64,000 nucleotides of DNA from Neodothiora populina (Eukaryota): contig NW_027191409.1 in assembly GCF_041146345.1 (NCBI RefSeq), positions 930,001 to 994,000 on the forward strand, written 5' to 3'. Both the position numbers and the translations under genes were made by a program. How positions within the stretch are numbered: position 1 is the first letter of the stretch; the number at the start of each line of letters is the position of its first letter. Shown here in pieces: positions 27,734 to 39,399 of this stretch. The notes under the pieces were generated by a model that did no database searches, had not been told where the DNA came from, and saw only the letters and a program-made list of their open reading frames with translations.

Positions 27734-30700
27734 GCTACTGTCCGCTCAGTGCGCAAGGTGGTTGATGTGGTTGATGATGATGGATAGCGCCGGCGGCGAC
27801 GGGTGTGGAGGGGAGAAAAAGCGGGAGGATGGGATGGCAAAGATCGATGGATGGACAAGGAAGACGCTTGAAAGGGATTGGAATGGGCCGCGCAACGTGG
27901 TAAGGTAGTCGAGTAGTGCAATGGTGTAGCGTCCAATCCAAGCGTCACAATTTCCAGAGCCCAAAAGGGAAGAAAGGGCAGGCAGGGCAGAGTCAAGCAG
28001 GGTCAGGCAGGGAAGCAATGAGCATTTGTCAGTGACACTGCTGTACCTTGTTGAAGATGGGAACGAGAGGATATGGAACTGCGGATAAGCGACGCTCCAG
28101 CCCCACACGAAGAAAGTTATGTATAAACAAAGTGCAAGAGAAAAAACGAGTGTGATGGAAGTCTCGAAAAGGGTAAAGCGGAGCCCTCGGTCAGACTGAG
28201 ACAGGCAGCACAGCAGGAAGAGTCCGAAGCAAAAGTCGAGGCCAGAGATAATGAGGTGTTATTGATGTCAGTGTCAAAGATCTAAACGCTCGACAAACGG
28301 GTTTTCCAAGGCGTGGAAAGAGCGGAGGGGAAAGAAGTCGGGTCTTGGAAATTTCCTTTGGTTCTTGACGCCTAGCCGCTTCCACAACGAGTCGAATGCA
28401 TGGGCGGGCGATGGGCAAAGGGCGATTTGGGGGTGGGAGTATGTGTTCTCGCGGTATGTGTGGTGGACGGTCAAGCACCCTCAATTCACTTTGCAACTGC
28501 GCAAGTACCCTTACAATGCGCAGATGATGCGCGTCTCTGCAGGCTGGGCGGCAGGCGGTAATCTGAGCATAAAAAAATGCACTCCCAATGAAATCATGCA
28601 GTATGTGCTTGGTTGCAGACGTTGATTTAGGGAGTTTATTGCTTAATCTTAGACCATTTCTATATTTACAACCGCGACATTGATTATCTACTGATGTTGC
28701 AGCTTGTGCAACTGACTGGTCACTCCATCTGTTCGCTGCACCGCTGGCAACGAGTAATGCGTTGTCGAATGGGATTCCATCTCAATCTCAAGACGAGCCA
28801 CTTGTTGTACCGGTGCCTTGCGATAGCCCCGGGCCCACCATATTCTAAGCTCTTAAACTTCATCCATTTCCTACTTGTCACCCGCCAGCCTAACCATTCC
28901 AGGTAAACGTGCGACCATCTCGCGGCACCGCCTGTTCCGCCTTCCGATTCATCTTGGCCGGCTACGCTACTTACGCCACTTTCGTACGCAAAGTTATCCG
29001 AACACAGATGGTTCGCTGTGCCTCCCAGGAGAAATCGTTGCCAACTCGGGAGGGCGCACAATGGCATTTTTGTTCTAAATTCGTGTGCTCGGGCCCCTTT
29101 TTGCTTGTGTCCATGGTTTGGCGCCGTGATCAGGCGACTTAATCTTCTCCCCCACACTGTTATTGCCAGGCCCATATTTAATAAAGCCTTCGATCTCTGG
29201 ACGCTAGTTGTGCGAAGGGCCAGATACGGATGTGTGCATGAACATAGCACGCGTGAACTGCGGATACTGTATCTCTATCACATCCTTGTCCAGTTGGGAT
29301 GGCCGAGGATGATCATCAATAGGCTTGCCCGGGATGCTTTTAGCAGACCTTGCTACACATTGACAGGGCTCTGCTAATATCGGCTCCCCCCACGCAGATG
29401 ATGAAACGTCTGTAACCATATTGCACTTCTACACTATGCCCACAGCGCCCCAGCGGACATGCTGTGTGCTGTACTTGTACATGTACGGAGGACCCGTCGG
29501 AAGGCTCGTGGGACCGAGGGTTCTTTGCCATAAGCCTACTCGGAAGCGGATGATCTGACCGTCCGACCACACAAAGTCCGCAATCAGAGTCAATCCGTGA
29601 GCCCGCGATCTCGAATGTTGGTTACCTATGTTCCCCTAACGTAACAGTAGCGCATTGCGCACGAGCTACGGTCTGGCCTATCAGAAAATGCGGTCCAAGT
29701 GTGCTGGACTTCCAAGTTTCTTGTTTACCTTGACTTTTGACCGGCTAGTGACCGAGGGTTGGAAAACTCTCCGTACCCAGATTCACTATCTAGAGGCGTG
29801 TCGAGCAATGTAAAGCGAAATGAGAGGTTGATGAGGAAGAACCAATGAACGTGCCCAGGCATGCCGCGTTCTTGTGTGCTTGCCGCGTGTCGGTGTGGCG
29901 CCCACGCGTTTGACCGTCTTCCCGAGTTATCTTTTGCATACAGTACCTACCCTGCCGTGCGTTGCAGTGCTGTACCTTTACCTTAACACACAGGCCATGT
30001 CAAGTAACTCCGATAAGACATGCATCTGCAGCAAGAAGTGCAGCAGTAGATTGAAACATGGCTCGCTCCGTCATCCCTGTATTCGGCTTTGTGAACTTGT
30101 CTGACCAGGCTTAGCTTCATCCTGTAACATGAGTCGCAGACTTCTAAGTAAAGCAAAAAGCAATGTTCTGTTTCGGACGCTGCACATCCCACTAAGAGAT
30201 TATTCATGCTTTCTCTTAGACCTACGTCCACGACGACCACGACCTCGACGTAGATGTGATCTTCACTTGCACGCCGGGTCGTCGAAAGACACACTCACAG
30301 GAGGATCCAGAAAGAAGAAGGAAGAAAGTAAGAAAAACATACTAACCCACTAGTGTTCCATTGCGTCCGCGACAATGATCGTAGATGAACGTGCCGAACT
30401 GAAACATGACACCCGGAATTAATGTAGATAGCTTGGAACATAAAAATTGATCTGGCCAGCCAACTACTAACTACTCTATGTACTGTACAGTGTCTCTCGG
30501 GCAAGTCCTAGCGGAACAGAGAGAGAGAAAGAGAGAGAGGCAGACGTCTTCTCTTTTCGATATACCAACCTGTCGCCATTTTGAATTTCATCCAGATGGG
30601 TCCAAAACTAGCATTATTGCTCAGCACTGTGCTACACATGTTTACGTACAGGACGACAATCACCACTGGTTCAAGGCACAGCAAGAGTCCGCTCCTCGGA

Positions 30701-31614
30701 TTTAACGAGAGCAACCATTCGATGTTGAGTCGATCCTTGTTCTCCGCCAAGGCAAGTACAGTACCTTGCTGTACGTATTGTGACAGTACCTTGCCGTACC
30801 TACCAAACTACCGTTATCTGGTCGGCATCCCCATTCAGAATTAGAAATCGTGCCACATGTGAGCGGAACGAGAGTAAATGTGTATGTGAAATCCTACGTG
30901 CAAGATGAGACTCAATCCTTCAATCCTTCCAAGGGGAAAGAGTGCGGCAGACGTCCAATTCGCTCAAATGTAGTTCCGGGAATAATATCATTATTTTTTC
31001 ATCCTTGTACCTTTTCTTTTTTTCCTTTGCTTTGCTGAAACTGTATGGACGCATTTGCCGCGGCGCCGCTGCCGTCTGTCATTCTGCGAAGACGCCGTTC
31101 GCGAGCCAACGCTCCGGTGGCGGTTCGCACCGCGAGGTACTGTGCAGCATGTGCGGGTGGGTTTCTGCTAGGCCGGTGATATATGTGTACCTTACCTTGG
31201 ATGTTGAGACATTCTCTCGCGTGTCATGAACGTGGACCAGGAACCAGGTTTAGGGGGGGGCCAGTGATTACTGTACTGTACCTCGATGAGCCGTCATTGC
31301 AATGAGGCTCCCACGCATTTGCTGCACCTTTCGCGCCGCCCTCATAATCTACATGGACGGGAAAGGTCTAATTGGATTCCGGACATCTTAATATCAGTGC
31401 TTACAACAAAACGTCACAGGTCAAAAGCGATTGCCAGGCAATTTGTTCAAGATGATCATAACCTTAAAGTACATCGTAATTCGCATTCTGAACCTTATCC
31501 TTGCGGGAACCAATGTCGCGCCTATTGGCCAGTTGCTTTTCCCCTTTCTGTCCTGCTAATATGACTTCTTGCGTCTACCATAACCGCGCGATGCACTCCA
31601 CAAAGGGGAGTAAT

Positions 31615-33695
31615 CTAGTCTGCCATGTAGGTCTTGGCGTCGATGCCGCCAGATGGGAACTCACTGGAAGAAGTCAGTAAATGCTGCAAAGTGAGGGTGA
31701 AGTGGGGACTACTCACGGAAGGGCAACCTCGAAACGCTTCTCGATGTTCTTCATGACTTCCTGGTCAGGCTCGCTGCTGACGAAGCTGATGGCAAGACCC
31801 TTGGTACCGAAACGGCCAGCACGACCGACGCGATGAAGGTATGAATCAGCATCACCAGGCATGTCGTAGTTGATGGCCAAGTTGATACGCTCGATATCAA
31901 TACCACGTCCGAATACATCGGTAGCGACACAGATACGCTTGTTGAACTCCTTGAATTCCTTGTAGCGCTTGATACTAAAAAGGATATTAGCACTGTACGA
32001 GAGCGAGCAAAACGCCTGAGTTTGATGGTGACTTACCGCTCCTCTTGGCTGACCCCAGAGTGGACGGCGATACTGGGGAAGTTGCACTCGCGGAGAAGCT
32101 TATCGAGCTCTGTGGCGCGAAGTGTGCTCTTGACGAAGATGATGACCTGGTTGAACTCCAGCTCGTCGAGAAGGTCGTTCAGCTTGCGGTTCTTCTCGCC
32201 CTCGCTAATCTTGATGTAGTACTGCTGGAGACCGTGAAGAGTGAGCTTGGTCTCGTCGTCGACATAAAGTTCGAGAGGGTTCTGCATGAACTTCTTGCAG
32301 ATGGGGCGGGTCTCCTGAGCAAGAGTTGCGGAGAACATCATCACCTGCTTCTGGGTAGGAGTGGCGCGGAAGATCTCCTGCACGTCACGACGCATGTCTA
32401 CGCGTGGTCAGTTCGGTCTTTCAACAAATCGATGAATTCAAGAACATACCAATCTGATCCAGCATCTTGTCACACTCATCGAGGACGAAGCGCTGGATGT
32501 TGCCCAGACGAAGCTTCTTGTCGCGGACCAATGCGTTGAGACGACCAGGGGTGGCGACAATGATGTGAGGGTGAGTCTCCTTGCTGGAGAGAAGTTCGAT
32601 GTCCTTTTGCATGGGAGTTCCACCGTAGAAGACGGCGGTCTTCACCTCGGGCATGTACTTGCTGAAACGCGCGTACTCGTTCTTGATCTGGTAGGCGAGT
32701 TCGCGAGTGTGGCACATGACGAGGACGGACGTCTCGCCATCGACGGGTTCGATCTGCTGAAGGGTGGCAAGGACGAAGATGGCCGTCTTTCCCAATCCAG
32801 ACTTGGCCTGACAGAGAACATCGGTACCCAAGATGGCTTGAGGAATACAAACTTGCTGGACTGGAGAGCGCATGTAATGTCAGAATCGTTCGGAAAATAT
32901 GGTGCGGAAAGCAAAAGTGCATCCGTTGTCATGTCCGTCCGCCCGTCTCTTCATGCGAGGAACTGGAAAGTCCACCATTTTGCTCTTGCTTTTGCTCTTG
33001 CTCTTGCTCTAGTCTAGATCCTCTGGTGCAAAGGGCGCAGCGCAACATACACCACGAACAGTGGTGCGGCACTGGCATACTCGCATTCTTTCGAAAGGCA
33101 ACCATCCCTCATAAGACAAGGCCACAATAGCGTAGCTGCAGACGCAAGCTGTGTGTGCCTGACTCCTAAGAGAAAGCTCGCTTGGAACAGTCTTCTATAC
33201 TCATCTCAAGATGCGCAAAGCTGATCATACTGCCGCTGTTTACACCACAGTCGAAATGTAGTGCAACACGGACGTAGTAAGACTGCCCTAGAGTGGCCGA
33301 CGCGGCGGACCACCTTCTCCCCCTTGACCCGGAGCGCAAGTTCTGAGGATGGACGGACGGACGGGACAGACGGATGGATGGACGAATGAACGGACATTCG
33401 GAGGATGAAAAGAAGCGCTAGCTATAGGATGGATGATGAGTGACTAACCCTCCGAAGGATGCTCGAATCCACAGTCGGTGATTGCGCGAAGAAGTTCGGG
33501 CTTCAAGAGGAAGTCGCGGAAACCAGTAGAGTGAATGCCGACATAACTGCCTTTTGCGCCAGTGTTACCGGTGACGGTGAGGTCGCCCTTCTTCTGCTCG
33601 CCGTTGGCAGCAGCGCCGTCAGCTCCAGTGGCTGGGGCCTCGGTGGTCTGGAGCTCCTCGTCGGAGTAGTCGATTAGGTCCTCTTCGGCGGACAT
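31615..33695 (-). CDS. SUB2: ATP-dependent RNA helicase Sub2/UAP56 (DECD box)
   Basis: [45 protein letters not shown] and [10 protein letters not shown] motifs. First intron 32861-33448 plus three short introns. Confidence 0.97.
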
Positions 33696-33983
33696 GTTGA
33701 CGGTGATGTTAGAGGTGAGAGGGTTGTCGAGTAAGGTGTAGCTGAATGTTGGAAGAAGTGAATAAGGGCTTGGTGACTACGCGATATGTGACGCAGTCCT
33801 GATGGAAAGGTGGTCGCACAAGGGAGACGGCGTGAATCGCAAAAGCTATGAGAAGAAAAGGCACGTATGTGATGGATGAAACAGTCAAACACGATGGAAA
33901 GACTGATGGGAATGCAGAAGGAGGACGAGAAGGTGGTTGCAGCTACTTTCAGCTTGCCCTTGTGCTTGACGCGCAGGATTTGA

Positions 33984-33991
33984 TCACGTGA
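33984..33991. promoter_or_regulatory. Palindromic E-box TCACGTGA in the SUB2/RPR2 divergent promoter
   Basis: Perfect bHLH (Cbf1-type) site within a 450-bp head-to-head intergenic region. Confidence 0.45.
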
Positions 33992-34145
33992 GATATTGTA
34001 AAAGTATCGGCGCCGAGTCCACCCCTAGCCCAGACTCGGCATCGTTGCTGGTCTTTGACTGATTGCTACGCCTTGTCTCGCTATTCAACACTACCTTACA
34101 ATATCTATCTGCAGCCACTTTGTCAAGTGAGATACAGTGCGGTAA

Positions 34146-34730
34146 ATGGCTAAAGGTGGCCCACCCAATGGCAGCAAGGGCGTGAAAAAGGCCAAGGTCT
34201 CAAAAGGGCCGCCACACTTGCATGCTCGCATAGCCTACCTAAACCAGGTTGCCACTTTCATGGCTACTCAACAAACATATTCTAGTTCTAGCAAAGCGGA
34301 ACAAGATCCAACGCAGCTGAATGCAGCGAATAAAGGCGAGACTGATTCGACTGGCATCATCCCGACAAAGCAAGCTGGTCAGGCTGTGGGTGATGGTGTC
34401 GAGTCCACTTTCCCAGATGCAAATTCTGGTCTACCGAACCTGTTGATATCTCACCTACGAGCAGTGTCCCGAAAGGCTCAGATTCAACTATGGCAGGATG
34501 TCAAGCGATCTGTGTGTAAAGTATGCGACCGGCCTCTGATTCCTGACCAAACCTCTGTAACGCATCTTGAGAATCGTAGTAAAGGAGGCAAAAAACAGTG
34601 TGCTGATGTCAAGATCGTACGCTGTCTTAATTGCAACACTGACAAGCGATTTCCTATTGGGGCTATGAGGCAGCTGAAGAAGTCCGCTCGCGTCAAGGCT
34701 GCACTCTGTGCAGAGAACGGAGAAAAATGA
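34146..34730 (+). CDS. RPR2: RNase P subunit Rpr2/Rpp21-domain protein
   Basis: HLHARIAYL, KRSVCKVC..LIP and CLNC..KRFP zinc-ribbon pattern. Confidence 0.85.
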   Translation: MAKGGPPNGSKGVKKAKVSKGPPHLHARIAYLNQVATFMATQQTYSSSSKAEQDPTQLNAANKGETDSTGIIPTKQAGQAVGDGVESTFPDANSGLPNLLISHLRAVSRKAQIQLWQDVKRSVCKVCDRPLIPDQTSVTHLENRSKGGKKQCADVKIVRCLNCNTDKRFPIGAMRQLKKSARVKAALCAENGEK

Positions 34731-35189
34731 TGTCCTTGAAGTCGCACACAATTCAATTATCGGAAGTCCCATATCAGAGCCGTTGTGACGGAAAAGCTAA
34801 GCGATCACTCTGAAATCTGTACATCTCAACACACAGTAGGTCACCAGATGACAAGTCTTGCTCTTGTGTCACAGCATACAGTCCTAAAGCCACAGGCTTG
34901 CTATTGGCTTAGATGCCATGATGATCGAGGGTTAGAGACACTGTCTTGTGCGACTGTGCTACACGCACAGGAGAATTGTTTCGAGGTCAATTCGTGTACA
35001 AGCTCTGCTTTCTTTCATTGGCAATGCAAGGTTACAAGCATTCCGTCATTAACAGGACTTTGCTCGAACAAGCAGGCTCGTCCAGCAAGCCTCAAATCAC
35101 AAGCCCTCGCCCAAATCCGTCGCTATGCTACCCTGCATGCGAAACTCCAGCAGATACGATCCAGTTACAGCGGCCAATTGTGATGCCGC

Positions 35190-36063
35190 TCATACATCCC
35201 TCCACGAGTTCTCTACGGGCTTTCTTCCGACTGCCGGAGCCACAGCTGACGGAGGTGTTGATCGGTACGAAGGAGGGGCAGCATATGCTCCTGGTCGCGA
35301 GTATCCGGTCTCTTGCTGCAAGTGAGGTGCCTGGGCTCCGCTGTACCCGGCATACGGATCGTTGTATGAGAGCGAGGGCATGGTGTGGTTGTAGCTGGTA
35401 TCCTGGTAATGTGGCCCACCCATCGTTCCCAGGTCACCATCGTTGTACCGCGCCGAGGGAGGAATCATCGGCGCCGCCGGGTGGTTGTTCAAGTGGTTCA
35501 GCCTATCCATCTCTACATCATTGTCGGGTAACGGACTCCGCGCCGTCCTTGAATTTTCCCACGACGGCATCACAGGCAATGCATCTTCATTGTATTTGGT
35601 CCCAGCAGCACCCTTGCTACCATAGGAGGTGTCGAATTGCGCATACTGCGGCGCGGCGTACATTGGAGGTGGCGCAGATTGGTACTGGTAAGCTTGCGGT
35701 GCCGGTTGCGCGTAGCCTTGGTTGCGACGGCGGCCGCTATTACAGCAATCAGCGCAGCAGGCGCAGCAGGAGAGACATCCGCAGCAGCACTCGGCGCCGC
35801 AGCATATGCATCGCACTAAGCACCAGACGATGGACAGGGCGATCACACAACCAGCGATGATTGCGATTATAGCTGGCCATTTCTGTTTTGTATCTTATCA
35901 GTGAACTGTGCTGGGTATATTACTGTGATAGGTATAATATCAAAATGAAGAGAGAGAGACCGACGCAGTAGGCTTTTGTCATGCACTGATCCCATCCCGA
36001 AAAAGTGGTTTTGACAGAGTCGACATCAGAAGTGATGTCTCGCTGCCAAAGTAGAGTAGGCAT
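35190..36063 (-). CDS. Single-pass membrane protein with Cys-rich juxtamembrane segment and P/Y/Q-rich tail
   Basis: Exon 1 MPTLLWQRDITSDVDSVKTTFSGWDQCMTKAYC splices (gtcggt..cag) to KWPAIIAIIAGCVIALSIVWCLVRCICCGAECCCGC. DALPVMPSW motif; ends WRDV. Confidence 0.8.
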
Positions 36064-38253
36064 TTTCGCGTTGCCCGAGTATGTTTATTATGATTTTATA
36101 AAACTCCACGAACGGACGGTGCCACGGAAGTCCGGTTGTGATGATGCTCAAAGCCCGCCAGCTAGCAGCGACAATAAACACAAAAAGGTGATTTGCCGTA
36201 AAGGTACGGTTTGATTGATTGGAAGGAATAAAGTAAGGCACCGAGGTACTGTAAATGGTGCAACAAAGCTCATGTAGTGTCCCCTCCCCTTTAATCAGCA
36301 GATCCACAAAAATCACAGATGCGTGTGTATAAATATCGAAGAACCGGAGAAGCGCGAGACCGACAGATAGGACGACCGGGCGGGACAGACAGCGAGAGGG
36401 AGACAAATGAGTGAACGAAGCAAGACCAACAGATCAAGACAACAACAAAGAAGTCAGAGAACGAAACGAAACGCCCGACCTCCTCCCCTCTGCTCACCAC
36501 CTAGCTAGGTAAGATACTCTTCGTGTCCCATCTCACATGCCATGCGCAATCCCAAAACGAACAACACCCCTCCCCCAGCCAGCCAGCCAGCCAGCCAGCC
36601 AAGAAGAAGGGGTGGCTGAGTACGTTTAAAAGAACGGTTTTGGGAAATTTCGCCTTCAGCAGCGAGCGGTCCTTGCCCTGGCGTTTGGCGTCCGCGTTGC
36701 GTTGACGTGGACGTTGACGTCTGCGTTTTACCTTGGCCATAAGGTAGGCACCTTGACCTTGCGTCTCAAGAGACTTGCCCTTCTGCCTGTTGTAATGTAA
36801 AGTCATGTACTGTACAGTACCTTGCGACGCGACGCGCGGAGGCGCAGGTGCCAAGGACTCTGATGCGTTTCAAAATAGAAAGTTTGAGGGACTTGCGACT
36901 GCACATCAAGGTCAGGGAATGGAATGTGCTTTATACCTGAGTGCACGTTTCGAGAGTGTGTTTCTGAGTTGGGTCAAAAAGCAATGTGATTCGGTGGATC
37001 TGATTGTTCTGCACTTTTGGTGACTTGAGGCTGTCCGTCTGTCTAAGGTAGGAAGTGTTGACTACGGTACCTTATAACACTCCAATTCATGAAGTAAACA
37101 AGCGAGCCGGGAAGACCTACGCTACCGTATCTTACTGTACCTTGCTTGGTATTTGGGGGGGCCTGACCGGGTATATCGCGACGATCACATCGGGATGGGT
37201 AGTGAACGTTCGTGGACCAAGTTCTTGTACTGTAACGTACCTTATGGTACTTGTACAAGTACTAGTACCAGTACAACATCTCTGACTGTAGTAGTACTAA
37301 CACCACAGGGGCAAAGATATTATCGAATGGATCGGATCAACCATATATGCGCCTCTGCGCGAAGGTATTGATCGTACACTACAGTACATATTCGTAGGGA
37401 TTGCGCATGGTGTTGAAAATGCTTGAGTACATGAGATAATCTAGTGTGATACCCATCATTTCTGCAGCGATATATTGTATATTACTGGAGCTTGTACATG
37501 TTCTTCTCAACACTACCAAGGACCCCACCAGTCAATAAACACATTCTGCTCTGCGAAAGTCACCGGCTCACAGAAGGATGCTAAAGACACAATCTACCCT
37601 TTTCTGAGCTCTCCTTTGACGCAATTATACGAACACGATATACTCGAGATATGACCGACATGATAGATACACAGGCGAAATGGACAGGGTCCCCCGGATG
37701 TTCATCCAGCTCGGGCTCAGCACAACTACCGTCCTTAACGGTCGCTGTTCGCCGGGCGGAAGTCCGGATCCCCGTCGAAGTCTCACCATGTCTGCCATGC
37801 CGAGTGAATCTGCGGGGCGGAGAGAGATGAAGAGAGACAGACAGAGAGTGGGACGGAGGACTCCCCTCCATTTCCCCCCGCTTGGACAAGGTCACTCTTG
37901 TCCGGGCGATGACATACCTTGTGATTTCTTGCTTGTCTTCGGCGGTGAGGATCGGGATTAATCGCACTGTGCATTTGAGAATTTCGTGAAAGAAAAGAGC
38001 GATCAGCTAGCTAAGTGATTGATCGTCTGGTCTTATTATATGTTTCTTGCTATCTGAGGTAAGGTAAGGTAGAGGATATACTGCGCGGTACAGTGATCTT
38101 TGGCTTTTCTGACTTTGGAGCTTTGAACTGCACGGTACTTGCGTCATCGCTTTCTGCTGCTGCGACAAAACAACAACTATTACTACCACTACCTGACCAC
38201 CAGGAAAAGAACCAAACTGGGGACTACTGCAACCTGACACCACACAACAGAAA

Positions 38254-39292
38254 ATGTCGAGTCGCAAAATCACACCCCGAGTCTTCATCGTACGACACGG
38301 TGAGACCGAGTGGTCTCTGGATGGACGACACACGGGATCGTCGGACATTCCTCTCACGGCCAACGGCGAGAAGCGTATCCGCGCCACGGGCAAGGCGCTG
38401 GTCGGGAATGACAGACTGATCGTGCCTAAGAATCTGGCGCACATGTATGTGTTTTGTTTTTCCCAGCTCTTGTGTTTTAGCCCATCTTTCATGCATGACC
38501 TCCGCTTGGTCGCGTGGACGGAAAGGTGCAAAACGACCAAGCCGATGCATCCGCGACATGCACATCTACCCTGAACCCATTGATCCGACATGATCATACT
38601 GACTGTGGACTCCGCAACAGATATGTCTCCCCTCGCAAACGTGCTCAGCGTACCCTCGAGCTGTTGGATCTGGGCTGCAAAGACGCAATGCCATGGGCAG
38701 ACCCCTCGTCGACCTCCGGCAGCGACAACTGTCGCACCAATGCCAAGGTCGAAGTGACCGAAGCAGTATGCGAATGGAACTACGGTGACTACGAGGGCAT
38801 CACGTCCAAAGAGATCAAGGCGCAGCGGGAGAGAGACGGTCTGCCGCCGTGGGACATCTGGCAAGATGGCTGTCCAGGGGGAGAATCACCAGCGCAGATC
38901 ACCGCGCGACTGGACGAGTTGATCAAGGAGATCCGGGAAAAGTGGCACGCGCATGCCATGGGTCAGCCTGTGGGCTCTGCAGAACCATACGATGTTCTGA
39001 TCGTTGCGCACGGTCATATCCTTCGCGCATTCGCGGGTAGGTGGGTCGGCAGGAACATTGCTGACAACCCGGCTTTGATCCTTGACGCTGGTGGTGTGGG
39101 CACGTTGAGCTACGAGCACCACAGCCTCGAGGAGCCGGCTATTTTGCTCGGTGGTGGTTTCATGGGTGAGTACCCTTTTCAATTCTCGCCCGCGATGTGG
39201 TCGCTGACTTTATATCCACAGTCGATGTCGTCGAGAATGTGGCCGAGGACGTGAGGAGGAAGAGCGTACCTGCAGCCGGACAGCAGGCATGA
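38254..39292 (+). CDS. Histidine phosphatase (phosphoglycerate mutase family), Shb17/sedoheptulose-1,7-bisphosphatase-like
   Basis: RHGETEWS..GRHTG, VSPRKRAQRT, EWNYGDYEG, GCPGGES and AHGHILR motifs. Two introns. Confidence 0.88.
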
Positions 39293-39399
39293 ATGAGTCG
39301 AAGCTTGGTGACATGTACGGGGTGGATATTCTGTCTCTAGGTAGATAGCACAATGTTATACATATAAAGTTGGAACAAGAGGTATTGACGGCGATCTCT

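Noticed and set aside
32861..33448. Box C/D snoRNA in SUB2 intron 1
   Set aside because: I found no canonical RUGAUGA plus CUGA pair with a terminal stem on the sense strand. An H/ACA RNA cannot be excluded by eye.
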